Position numbers and translations under genes: made by a program. 64,000 bases of DNA, from assembly GCA_040437565.1 (NCBI GenBank), contig JBDOQK010000022.1, positions 62,001 through 126,000 on the forward strand, written 5' to 3'. The notes under the pieces were generated by a model. It made no database searches. It saw nothing but the letters and a program-made list of their open reading frames with translations, and was not told the DNA's origin. Below are positions 24,601 to 37,463 of the stretch, piece after piece. How positions within the stretch are numbered: the first letter of the stretch is position 1; each line of letters begins with the position of its first letter. This DNA comes from Albugo candida (taxonomy: Eukaryota).

Positions 24601-27600
24601 AATATGGGTGTCTGATAGTGCCGTCACAATTCAGCAACGCTTGTGTATTGTGGCACATGCGGGTTCTGCAGGTCATCGTGGTGTCGCGACGACATTCCAG
24701 ATATGGTCAAAGCATGTCACATGGAGCTCGATGAATCGTGACGTGAACGAATTCGTGCTTCGATGTTTACACTGTTTTTTAGCGCGAGGAGGGAGATGTC
24801 CTCGCCCATTCGGAGAGACTCTGAGAGCAACCAAACCGAACGAAATCTTACATTTCGATTTTCTATCCATGCCTGCAGGCAGTGGAGGATATCGTTATGT
24901 GCTCGTATTAAAGGATGGAATGAGCGGGTTTTGTGAGTTTATTCCTAGTGTGGTGGCCAACACGGATGTCACCGTGGCAGCAATATTGGATTTGGATTTA
25001 ACGGTATGGCGCGGTCTCGGTCTGGGTATCCGATAGAGGGTCACATTTTAAGAATGAAGTTATATCGAAATTGTCAAAACTCCTGCGCACGAAACATTAT
25101 TTCGTGACGGCGTATTGTCCGTGGGCGAATGGGTCGGTCGAAGTACTAAACCGTCAGTTACTTAAGACAATGCGATGTCTTTTGAGCGAGAGGAAGCTGA
25201 GGATTGCAGAGTGGCCCAGTTTGTTGCCGCTCTGTCAATCGTCTGTAAATCAACTACCATCGGCTCGATTGAATGGGTATGAACAGATCAGTGATGGCCA
25301 TGATGGGAGAACTATTGTCGAGAGGTTGAGGTAAGAATAAAGATGTTTTTCGTAGACTTGAACAAAGGAAGATTGATTTTTATTATTGTGCTCATAAGTC
25401 GGTCTTTCAAGTATAGACTTCATGCAGGTAGTTTGTGGCAACTAGAAGCGCAAGAACGATAAGTATGATCCAAATAGATTTGGAAGGAATGCAGGCTGAT
25501 TGACACTCTTCTACTTTGGCTCTAATGTGAATCAAACATGGACACATTATACTCGATGGATAATGTAGAGAAGAATGGGCTGGTGCAATTACTTGATTCA
25601 AATGACGTTCATGAGATTCATTTATTGCTGCATATGTGAATGCATCATAGGGCGTGATGAGGACTGGGTCATATCGAACAGTCTTCACGTCAAGTTTCTC
25701 GTTACAATTAGCTGAACAGATTGTGACTTGTCCTAGTATGACGGATATGCACCCACTGGTCCATACTAAGTATGCGCTGTGACCCCACTCCAACTATGAG
25801 AAGAAAGTGGCTAGTACGATATCTTATGCCGCTTCGTATAATAGCCGTTCTTGGAAGAGCTCACATGAGAGTGTCTAGCCTACCAGAATAAGACCAGCGA
25901 ATTTTCTAGAAGCATATGCTTGTGCTATTGCGAATATACAAATGAATACGAAACGCTTAATTAAAGTAGGTTTGTGCGAGTTGCTAATATGTATTACTTT
26001 CCAGTCTTTTTTACGGTCGAGGTCATGCGATCCTTGCACTCCTACCAAAAAACACCATTTATTTTGGTGCGCGCACGATCCCTGTTATGACGCACAGACT
26101 CTCAATAGCCAGCCTCAGCCAAGCATTGATGAAATTATAGAAATACTCTCCATTGCTGTTGACATCATGGATGATTTTCGTCACGCTTCGATGCATAAGC
26201 TATAGTTTGTGAAAGATAGAACTGTTTCCGTCGACCCGTTCGTAAAGCGATAAACTCGGTGGTGTCCCGCAAAAAAGATGTAGGAATCAAATCAAGCCGA
26301 AAAAAGTATACCTAGTTTCGTTGTCAATGCTGAGTAGCTTCAAAACGATACCTTTTCGTCAAAAGCGTTGATTGTATTCGTATTCCTTTATATGAAGCCC
26401 TTCAACCAACATCAGCTGCGGGCATTGTATCAAAAGCGCTTCCAACTTGACACTCTCTCAAATATGACAAATTGTGCCCCATGAGATTTGAGACATATTT
26501 CTATTGGCGAGCGATTGGATTGCTTCTTTTCTGAATCGGAAGAAGAGAGTGCGGCTCTCTTCATAACTTTTCTTAACGCGTTTGCCCCATGTTATCTCTG
26601 TGAATTCAATTTTCTATTGTGCATCGGTGTACAGTTTTCCTGCAAGATATGCTGAACAATCTAGAAACAATAAAAAATACGAGGACCACAGTGTATGAAA
26701 AGTCTCACAAAACCATTTCAGATTTTGCAGCAATCGCTAGCATACGTATCAAAGCGGTCAATATAATAGTAATGGATGTAATCATCGCACAATCTTCTTG
26801 CTTGGAAGCGCATGCAGATGCGTTTCAGCCAGAACGGTCGTACTGCTTCGCAGGATGAGCACCTGCTTCAATCATCCCACTTTTAACGACTCCCACGTCA
26901 AAAGATCATTCAAAACCCGTACAGTCAAAGAAGATTAAGATCAGATTGCAAGTAAGCCTTGATGTCTTGATCAGGTTCATATACTGATAAAATGTTTTTC
27001 TAATTTGCATCCGAACGTAATGTGGCGTCAGCACTCTTGGATGTATGCTGTTTGCAAAAAAGCAACGCGTATAACCTGTAAATCGAATGCAAACATCGTT
27101 AGATCAAAAAAGTTAGATCGCCAAGGCATTCGAGCCGGCATGATAATGTACAGACAGCTTATGGATAGTTGCGTCAGCTGGTAAATAATTCTGAAGAGAT
27201 AGAATGTCACGCAAATCAATGCCAAACGAAGTGTTGAGAACTGTGAACACGCACACTTGCAACGAAGCTGAAAGGTAATCCCGTTGTACGCAAATTGACG
27301 TTTATTGTGCGCAAATAGTTGACGCGAGAAATTGGCAAATCGAAGCACCTAAAAACTACACAGATAGCGTTAATATAGTAACCCAAGACCACAGTGAATA
27401 AATCACATGCCTCTTTTCTTATTCCCTCCAATTCTATTGATTCATAGCAGTCTAAGTGCGTCGTAAAAATATTATTTCTTTCTATCCGTCAGCTTGGGAC
27501 ATTATTCAACAGCATTATGTGCTGCAAGCAGTGCTCTCCTATTCCTTGACATTTTTATAGCACAAAGTATCATGTCATCCGTATGCTTTGCGAAGAAGCC

Positions 27601-28080
27601 GCGTTTGTGATGGGCTTTCACTACAAGTATTTTTTGCTAGTGCGAGTTAATAAGTGTGATAATGCCTCGGATGGTACCTTGAGATTGCTTCAAACTTGGA
27701 CTTGTCGCTATGTCTGGAGCATCAAACAGAAAGATGACGTCGTGTTAATATCTCTTCTTGAACAAAGATCTACATTGAAGCTTCGTGCATAGTATGCATA
27801 TCAATTCACGCTTCGCATTTTTCTTCATGGAATTCCGTTAGCATGTCTGGGGTATACGAGATCAAATGGACCATACATAATTAGGTAGTAGCACACAGCA
27901 CAGAACAAGCACTTATGACTGAGGTTTCTCGCAGGTGCAGCATCTCCAGCTGTTAAAGAATACAAAACCCAATCTATCAGTATAGAAGAAAGCCTGAAAG
28001 CGGGATATATCATGTCAAGACGGAAGGCGTAGATTTTGAGAAAATGTAAATTTTGATTTAAGACAATGATCGTATCGATG

Positions 28081-28762
28081 TAAAACAGAATCGAGCTCAG
28101 CTTGTATAAAGCAGTTGCGGTTTAGCACTTTGATTATAAAAGCTGCACTTGACCATACAATTTCAGACTTCCGTAAATATTACAAGTCATACGCTCTCTC
28201 ACATAGCGATTCTTTTGTCAATATGCAACTACTATACGAGAATTTTGTATCTCTCGAAATGAAGTTGCAAATTAACTACACGTAGTGGGATCAATATTGC
28301 TCGATTTTCCATTCACGGAATTACTAGATGACTCGCTTCAAGAAATTGAACAAACAACTTGCTCATGATCGNNNNNNNNNNNNNNNNNNNNNNNNNNNNN
28401 NNNNNNNNNNNNNNNNNNNNNNNNNNNNNNNNNNNNNNNNNNNNNNNNNNNNNNNNNNNNNNNNNNNNNNNTAAAACAGAATCGAGCTCAGCTTGTATAA
28501 AGCAGTTGCGGTTTAGCACTTTGATTATAAAAGCTGCACTTGACCATACAATTTCAGACTTCCGTAAATATTACAAGTCATACGCTCTCTCACATAGCGA
28601 TTCTTTTGTCAATATGCAACTACTATACGAGAATTTTGTATCTCTCGAAATGAAGTTGCAAATTAACTACACGTAGTGGGATCAATATTGCTCGATTTTC
28701 CATTCACGGAATTACTAGATGACTCGCTTCAAGAAATTGAACAAACAACTTGCTCATGATCG
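28081..28762. repeat. Gap-flanking duplication: 28081-28371 = 28472-28762
   Basis: Identical sequence around gap 28372-28471. Confidence 0.9.
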
Positions 28763-28772
28763 GTTGTGTCCA

Positions 28773-30452
28773 ATGCGATCAGTACGGGTCGCATGCATCT
28801 TGTTTTTTGGCATTCGTAGCATGTCACTTGCATATTAGCCATTGTCACTTTATCGACAAGAATACCGCCTGGAGGCATCATCACGCAACGATGAGAGAAC
28901 CTTCTGGTATCTTTCTTAAAAATTTGAAGTGGGTTTATGGATGATGTGGGTGTCGAAAGGATGAATGTCCAGACAATGGGTAAAGGCATTCAAGATTTTA
29001 AGATCACCGCTACTTTTATGCTTCACCGGATCGATGGCTGCTGCTGCGCCGCTCAAGGCATTGGTCCATTGAACCTGATCCATCGGATTGGAACCCTCCA
29101 GCCCTTGACAAATTTCATGATGGTGGAAAGGAAAGCAAATTGTGTTTATTTTCCAAGATGCCTACTAAGCCAAATATTACTGCAGTAGATGTCTGGTGCA
29201 AAAACGCGAGTCAATACTCGGAGAATTGTCCGTCACGAGTTACAAGACCGAAAAAATCGTGTATGTCACGTACACATCGCATTCAAAGAATGGCATTGAT
29301 GAAGCTTACCATGCTACTGACATTTTCCATTCAGTCACTGATGAAGGACCACATTGGATTTTACGTGCCAGCTTATCAACGATGTGAAAGTACCGCAATA
29401 CCCCAGTGATTAGACGAGGTACCGGATACGGCACGTTAGCAAGAAGATTGTACACTGGAACACTCAAGTATGACAATGTCAGTATAATACATAATGAGCC
29501 ACACAAAGTGGAGGTTCCATTTCCATTCAGTAAACGGCTTTCAAGACATCTTAAAAGACTTCGAATGATAAAACATTGTGTATTGGATGAAGGTGAGTGC
29601 TGATATCTTCGCCTTCACAGATTTATTGGTTTCGTATACAGAAACCAGGGTTTTTTCGACTAAAGACAATTTGAATGAATCTCGCATCGTGAACGAAGCG
29701 GATTTTTGGTATGCGTTATAAACATCACGGCTCACAACTTCTTAGACCCGCGCTTCGAGACAAAAGTTCGCTGTGTGCGCCAAATGTGGCTATTAGTCAT
29801 GAACATTACAACAGATGTGTGGTAGCTTACCAATGGATTCAGGTTCCTGGGAGAAATGGCTCAAGTCCAAGCATAGCACACCGAGTAAAGCCTCTGCCCT
29901 ATTCTCCTTGGTTACTATCCAATAAGCTAAAGCGGTAAATCTCGGAAAATGCATCACCATAACTGGCAAACCTGCTTGCTACAAAATTTAGTTCAATCAC
30001 AATGATGAGTGTGCTCCCTGATCTTTCGTGCCCATTGAAGAGGAAACAGAGGGACCTGCAAAAGAGACTTTTAAACCATTCCGGAGATCAGTGAAGTCGC
30101 AATCAGAAGCTTTTATGTTTTTCAACGCCGTTTACGTCACTTTGAAGAATTGGTCTCTTTTGTGTTGGCTTACTTCAAACTCAACAATACTTGGAGGCAC
30201 AATGTTATATTCGTATCAACGGAAAAGAATCAAGTCTGGTGGAGAAAGCAAAACGTTTCAGGGGTTGTGGCAGATCATGATAGCAACTTGACGTACCGTG
30301 TTGGTTCTATACGAGCAGTCTCCTTTATAGAGATTAAGTGGCACCATTATGGTTGGCATACATCACATTCACCTAAAGGTGACGCGGTAAATGTATACTT
30401 TCTTCCGCTGTTGTCACGGAGCAATAATTTTGACCAGGTGCTAGGTGGCTAA
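28773..30452 (+). pseudogene. Subfamily A pseudogene (A3)
   Basis: Starts MRSVRVACILFF; fragments MDDVGVERMNV..FKITAT, HYNRCVVAYQ, HNVIFVSTEKNQVWW and IRAVSFIEIKWHHYGW match A1/A2; multiple frameshifts; shares the upstream region. Confidence 0.85.
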
Positions 30453-32234
30453 ATAACACGGGACTCCTACTTTATTTGAATAAAGCTTGGAACTTACTCT
30501 CCCTTCTCCCTTCTCTAGTCGATATAATCGATCCTTTCTGTGGAACTCATCATGCCAAGATACTTCACCTTTGATCGGAGAAAAACTAATGTAGCATTCC
30601 CGCCTTCGTCAAAAAGTGCTTGATGATACAGAGCCTACCACCAAGTATTTTCAGAAGTTCCTAGCACGAAAAACGCGAACCCGTCGTCAGAATTGACGGT
30701 ACTACGGTCGGCTCAATGCTTGTTTTCTCAGAGTTTCACCATAAGAAAACACCAGGTATTCGAGACTTTCTGTCCTTCGCCTAAGCACTAAAGTAGGATA
30801 TCGAATAGACTTTGCTCGTGCTTCATTTGGTTGAAGGTAAGAAAGCGTAAGAAAGTTAAAGATATTGTTGCAAAGCACGTTCATTTCNNNNNNNNNNNNN
30901 NNNNNNNNNNNNNNNNNNNNNNNNNNNNNNNNNNNNNNNNNNNNNNNNNNNNNNNNNNNNNNNNNNNNNNNNNNNNNNNNNNNNNNNGAAACCAGGGTTT
31001 TTTCGACTAAAGACAATTTGAATGAATCTCGCATCGTGAACGAAGCGGATTTTTGGTATGCGTTATAAACATCACGGCTCACAACTTCTTAGACCCGCGC
31101 TTCGAGACAAAAGTTCGCTGTGTGCGCCAAATGTGGCTATTAGTCATGAACATTACAACAGATGTGTGGTAGCTTACCAATGGATTCAGGTTCCTGGGAG
31201 AAATGGCTCAAGTCCAAGCATAGCACACCGAGTAAAGCCTCTGCCCTATTCTCCTTGGTTACTATCCAATAAGCTAAAGCGGTAAATCTCGGAAAATGCA
31301 TCACCATAACTGGCAAACCTGCTTGCTACAAAATTTAGTTCAATCACAATGATGAGTGTGCTCCCTGATCTTTCGTGCCCATTGAAGAGGAAACAGAGGG
31401 ACCTGCAAAAGAGACTTTTAAACCATTCCGGAGATCAGTGAAGTCGCAATCAGAAGCTTTTATGTTTTTCAACGCCGTTTACGTCACTTTGAAGAATTGG
31501 TCTCTTTTGTGTTGGCTTACTTCAAACTCAACAATACTTGGAGGCACAATGTTATATTCGTATCAACGGAAAAGAATCAAGTCTGGTGGAGAAAGCAAAA
31601 CGTTTCAGGGGTTGTGGCAGATCATGATAGCAACTTGACGTACCGTGTTGGTTCTATACGAGCAGTCTCCTTTATAGAGATTAAGTGGCACCATTATGGT
31701 TGGCATACATCACATTCACCTAAAGGTGACGCGGTAAATGTATACTTTCTTCCGCTGTTGTCACGGAGCAATAATTTTGACCAGGTGCTAGGTGGCTAAA
31801 TAACACGGGACTCCTACTTTATTTGAATAAAGCTTGGAACTTACTCTCCCTTCTCCCTTCTCTAGTCGATATAATCGATCCTTTCTGTGGAACTCATCAT
31901 GCCAAGATACTTCACCTTTGATCGGAGAAAAACTAATGTAGCATTCCCGCCTTCGTCAAAAAGTGCTTGATGATACAGAGCCTACCACCAAGTATTTTCA
32001 GAAGTTCCTAGCACGAAAAACGCGAACCCGTCGTCAGAATTGACGGTACTACGGTCGGCTCAATGCTTGTTTTCTCAGAGTTTCACCATAAGAAAACACC
32101 AGGTATTCGAGACTTTCTGTCCTTCGCCTAAGCACTAAAGTAGGATATCGAATAGACTTTGCTCGTGCTTCATTTGGTTGAAGGTAAGAAAGCGTAAGAA
32201 AGTTAAAGATATTGTTGCAAAGCACGTTCATTTC
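29641..32234. repeat. Gap-flanking duplication: 29641-30887 = 30988-32234 (offset 1347)
   Basis: Apparently identical sequence around gap 30888-30987; duplicates the 3' half of A3. Confidence 0.9.
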
Positions 32235-33199
32235 GAAACTTTTACTTTATGCGCAAGCTTGACGCCTTCAGGCTTTAATTTTGGAGTCCTGCTTGTCCTA
32301 GGAATTCTTTCGAGAGAGGGGATACTCGTGTACTTAGACAATGAGACCGTAAAATCAATATTCTCGCTGTCGATTGTCATTCCCATGACTTGAAATGTTC
32401 CATTACATCGAAGACGTTGTTTTGAATAACTTTGGAAAACCTTACAGATTATGGGCAACTATGCTGGATATAAAGGACCTCTAACCCAAAACAAGGGATA
32501 AATTCGACGAACGAGGAGATAGATTCTATGTCGGTTGATTTGTACAGACGTTTCATTTCTTTTCTGCCGGTCTATCGATTATTATTGTATGAGTGTACAC
32601 ACAGCGACTCCTTATTGTTACATTGTGACCCTACGGTCAGATAAAATCGTTTGAATCAGGCAGGCTTGTTGCATCATTGATTAAAATGATGAGTTTGTCT
32701 TATCCGTCACGAGAAAGGTCATGCGAGTCGATGCATATAAAATATAAATTTCGCACAAGTTGTACAATATTTTTATGTGCTGTGGCTACAACGCGCGCTA
32801 TTGTCACACTCAGAACCATATTAAAAACAGTAAGCAGAACTACCGGTGACACAGATGTCTCTGTACGATCACCGACGCTTTTTAGGGATCTAGTAATGTA
32901 GAAACGATCATTTTGTGTCGTTCCGACCAGCTTATCCATCTGTAAGTGGAATGCTTGAAGAAGAAGCTCATGATGATCGAACAAACCATCAATTTGCGAA
33001 GGTTTCTACCTATCGCTTTTAAGAGATCGCTCAGTCGCCACAAAATATCTCTTTCGCGTACGACCGAGAAAGCGTAACTGTATCTTGATTTTAGAGTGAA
33101 AGAAAATGAGAATACTCTTGTACACTATCAACTATGACGCATTCGGCTACTCGTGCGTATTCGAAAACGGGAGGCTATACATCTGCCAAAATTGACAAT

Positions 33200-33800
33200 A
33201 CCAATTCTAACCATCCTGCAACAAATACTCCAAGAGATTTTCTCCCAGTGCTGAAGGAATATCTCGTGATCAGTTTTACGGTCACAAGTCCATTATCACG
33301 ATGGCGTATTTTAAAACGCAATGTAATTGTCGTACAGTTTCTGCGACAAGACGCCGGAGAATAGTATCAGCCGTTGGATATTTTCTCCAAAAAACCAAGC
33401 CAGTAGCGGTAAGGCTGTTTGGATGCATTGGACCATCATGAATATGTTGCAGACTTGACATTTGCGTAACAATTGCCGCTGAGTCTCTGGCACGACGTGG
33501 CCGAATATGTGGCGTATATACTGAACGAATTCGCATTAAAGCGAATTTCAGTCGCCACTCTTTTATTCAAGTACTGACGAAGAGAATGCCCGTTCTGAGC
33601 GATATCGTGGCTTTTGGAGATCAGCTTACAATAGGCACCAGGAAGCACGCAACAAGTCCCTTGGATATCGTAGAAAACAAGGGTTAGTGCGACACAGTTA
33701 TAGCGGTTGCACAACACGTGAAGAATGTGGAAATGTTGAATAAGGAGCAAAGTGATTGACTTCGTCGAGTGAACCTTGCAGAGCCTGAAATAAGCATCAA
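33200..33800 (+). mobile_element. Copia integrase remnant
   Basis: VVQFLRQDAGE* (LRTDGGGEY-like), MHWTIMNM and LPLSLWHDVAEYVAYILN match the Copia integrase core. Confidence 0.7.
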
Positions 33801-34828
33801 CAACGTTCCAGCTCCGGAATGGAGGGTTCATATTCCTGACCAATTGCCGAAAAGCCATTCGTGCCAGTCGCATGCAAGCGGCAACTCATACACGATAAGA
33901 ATTTATGTTTTGGAGGGCGTTATGTACCTTAGAGCTATTTGTGGCCGTCGGTGTGGGTTTGATAGCGAGCACGATCACGCTGGTTTCAACAATGTCTGGC
34001 CATTCCACTCTACATAAACGCTAACACAACAAAGTCTTGGTCCTCTTTCCGCGGTCTGTCCGCTGCGCATGCGAAATTGCTNNNNNNNNNNNNNNNNNNN
34101 NNNNNNNNNNNNNNNNNNNNNNNNNNNNNNNNNNNNNNNNNNNNNNNNNNNNNNNNNNNNNNNNNNNNNNNNNNNNNNNNNTGTACTGTACGTTTGTACA
34201 ACCATATAAAATTCGTGGAACCTCAGCACATTCGTGCAACATATGCACAAATCTGCAAGACGATGTATCGACGTTGATGGCCACGGGTGTGAGTTGTGGC
34301 AATCGTAAGCGTTTCAACAAGTCGGATTATTCAGTGGAGTTATCCCGATCCGAGCTGTGTTCTCCCCTTCGTAATTTTAATTTTGGCAAAAGCCTTTTTG
34401 TGGTCCGTGTGCTCTGCAAGTAAATCAACCTACTCACAGGCTTGTTATCTTATATGTCTGCACAAGATTCAAAGGGCGATCTCACAGATGCAGCAACCTT
34501 ACACGCATCATGTAAGTACGAAATCCCGTCAGTCAATGAGTTTTATCCGAGACCAACTAGGACCGTACCTACTCTTTAAGGTGTTATGTTCTCAACAGCG
34601 CAGAACAAGCACATATGAAGCGAATAGTTGCATGTCCTTCCGTCCTCAGCTATGGAAGATTCCATTACATGCAAATTCAGCATAGAACAAAGCATAAAAG
34701 CGGCATATACCATTTCAAGGTGAAAAGGTGAAACTTTAGAAAATGTAAATTTTCATTTGTCTTCCACCGAATGCTTATATGGCTCAGTCAAATTCATTCA
34801 GCGTTTTGCTCCTAATGTTTTACGCGCC

Positions 34829-36534
34829 CTGCAATCACAACGGTTCTCGAGCATTCGCGCTGGCATTTGCAACCTGTCGGTTGCATCTTTGTCATGGTCA
34901 ACTTTATAATGACGAGTACCGCATGGAAGCTTTTGCTGATAGGAAGGATTCTCTGGACTACCAATATCTAAAATTACACACCCGGCTTCTCAACAGAGCA
35001 GGGTCTGAAAGGATCACCGTCACGACCATTGATACTCTCAGTATCGAATGTACCATCACTATATCTTGGCGTGCATCAAAACGTGTGAATGATTATTATT
35101 GCTCTAACAACGAACATGATGCATTCTAAAGGCCCACGACTTCTGTTGGACCTCACCTGTCGGATCAGAACCTTCTCGTGACCCACGAAAACGAAGGCAA
35201 TTCGAACTGGTTCTATATGGAAGAGAAACGGCTTGTTTCCTAATACCAAGAATTATATCCAGCTTCATATGACTGCAGAAAGTGCCTGATGCAAATAAGC
35301 AACTCAATACTTGGAGATTTATACCTCACGTATGACGGGAGGCATTCAGTCGCTTAGGTTATGTACACATCGCGTTGAAGGCATCGAATTATTAATGCTT
35401 GCCATGCTATTGACGTTTGCCATATATACAACTACGAAGCCCAAATTTTGTTCTGATACGTGTCAATCTGTCCATTGTCCACAAACGTTACTACATTCTA
35501 CATCAGAACGCCAGACAAACAATTTACATCATCAAGCAAATCGTCAACTACAAATCTCAAATGGTACGAAGTCGGCGTATCTCCTGAGAATGTCCACCAG
35601 CAAAATGGGAGCGTATATTCACTATAGGCGGACATCAACACTGTTTTGTTTCCTCTCTTGAGCGAAAGCATCGTAGATTGGATGAAGTTGATTGCTACTT
35701 TTCCCGGCTCTACGTTTTTTTGGTTTGGTGTCCAGAGAACTTCACTCTGCTCAAGAAGGATATATTCTTGAATTTGACGTGACTGAAGCTTCTTTAGCGA
35801 CCTGACACGAACATTACAGCTTAAATGTCGAAATTCCAGCGTTCCGACATCATACTGTGTTGTATACGTCAAATGAGGCTATCAATCCACGTTATCACAC
35901 CAACTGTGCGGTAGCTAACTCTGATACTTTGCATTCATGCAGAAGATGTATCGAGCAGCGGTTCGAAATTCGGAACAAAGCCTCCGCTATATCCGGCATA
36001 TTTTCTCTATCGCCCGAAGGGGCAAATTTGGGAGAATGCATCACCACCAGATACGGTGCACTTGCCTGTAGATAATTCGAAATTATCGATAATATTGTGT
36101 GCGATCTCGACACAGCCAAGAAAGCGAATAGGGCGAGAGTATCAACATCAGATAACTCAGAAGGGTATTCACGACATATACCCTCTTTCAAGAATTCGTT
36201 AAGTGAGTCTCAAAATCAGATCTCTGTTGTGATGGCTCACTATGCCACACCTGAATAGTTGATATGTTTTGTTATGATACACACTGTAAAATTCGTATCA
36301 ACAGAACACAAGTACGTCTGGATGGAGCTAACAACTGATCCGTGGACTTATAATGTTGGTCGATCAACCAAAAGACATTTACCTACAATGTGCGAACATT
36401 TCGATAAATCTTTGTCGATAATGCTATGACGGAACTCTTTTGATGGGATACATTTCAACCTCGATAACTCGCTAATTAACGAACAGAAAAGAAATCTGAC
36501 CCTAGGCGGGACGAGTCGGGACTAAGTACACTGA
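34829..36534 (+). pseudogene. Subfamily A pseudogene (A4), closest to A2
   Basis: CTG replaces ATG in CTGCAATCACAACGG; FALAFATCRLHLCHGQLYNDEYR, DCRKCLMQISNSILGD and AINPRYHTNCAVA..SCRRCIEQ; frameshifts and stops; 3' flank matches A2. Confidence 0.9.
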
Positions 36535-37463
36535 AGAGTAAGATTGGACTGGTAGAGATAGGTAGCTCAAGTAAGTGAAACTTCAAGCTTCTTACCTACC
36601 TATGGCATATTAAATATCTGTAATCACCACGCATTTCTTATTTTCGAAGTCTTAATGTCCAGCTGCTTATTTGAGTAAAATACGGAGCTGTCAAGTCCTC
36701 TGACGGAATTCATGTAACAAATTTGGCTCCTTGTTCACCCTCAGCTTAATTCAAATTGAGATAAGAAGCTTAGAGAAGCCGGAAAAAACGATAGTTATCA
36801 TCCTCATTTGATAAATGTGCTACATTAAACAATTTCAAGTGCCAGATCGGCGACCTCAGGTTCTGATGTTGGCATTCGGGTCACCATATTGTTAATTGTA
36901 GGGAGAGGAATATAATGTACCGAGCAAGCTCAAGCCACCCTATGTTGATCAGCAATGAGGTCGTCAAAATCACCAAACTCGCTGTCGACTGTCATCCTAA
37001 ACAGTTTCGATTTCCGTTTCATTGATAGCTCCAATCTTCGCAACGGATGGGAATTGACAAATGCATCGTGCGAGCTTCTCTTCGATACGTTCATTTCGCA
37101 TAGCCTTTTACCTAATAGATGAAATGCTACACTCTCCTATTTCTTCCCGAATGACGAGTGAGTAGGAGAAGGTTTCATTTCGAGTGAATTGCATGCTTGG
37201 TCATCAATAATGATAATCCTGCATTTTGCTGAAAAAAAAATGTTGTCAAACACACAACGCAGCTGCGGTAAATGTTTTTTAGGTCAAGTTGCACTCACTA
37301 TCAAAATCGCTTGTTTTTGATTGATTCAAAGCCATCAACTTCGAAAGTGAGACCCTAACTACGGTAAAGCAACTTTGCCTTCTTCATGATTGGATAGCTC
37401 GGTCTTGATTCAGCAAGTACGATAAGAACTTGGTGAACACTTCTCAAATTGGATTTTTGGTTG

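Larger units (their letters stand above)
20803..25290 (+). mobile_element. Ty3/Gypsy LTR retrotransposon, decayed and 3'-deleted
   Basis: gag with zinc knuckle CLKCKRTEHLVRRC; protease LLDSGS; RT WLDDVL; RNase H VYTDAS; integrase HAGSAGHRG..CLHC. TG...CA ends with 5-bp TSD GTGAT at 20798-20802 and 25291-25295. Confidence 0.95.
15470..25850 (+). repeat. Segmental duplication unit (A gene + B gene + flanks), paralogous to 34182-39900
   Basis: Colinear similarity of upstream DNA (15470/34186), A gene, A-B spacer (18080-18960 / 36530-37460), B gene and downstream DNA (25291-25850 / 39340-39900). The Gypsy element is present only in this copy. Confidence 0.85.

Noticed and set aside
31850-32460. 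LINE ORF1 remnant on the minus strand
   Set aside because: Suggestive composition but no diagnostic motif.
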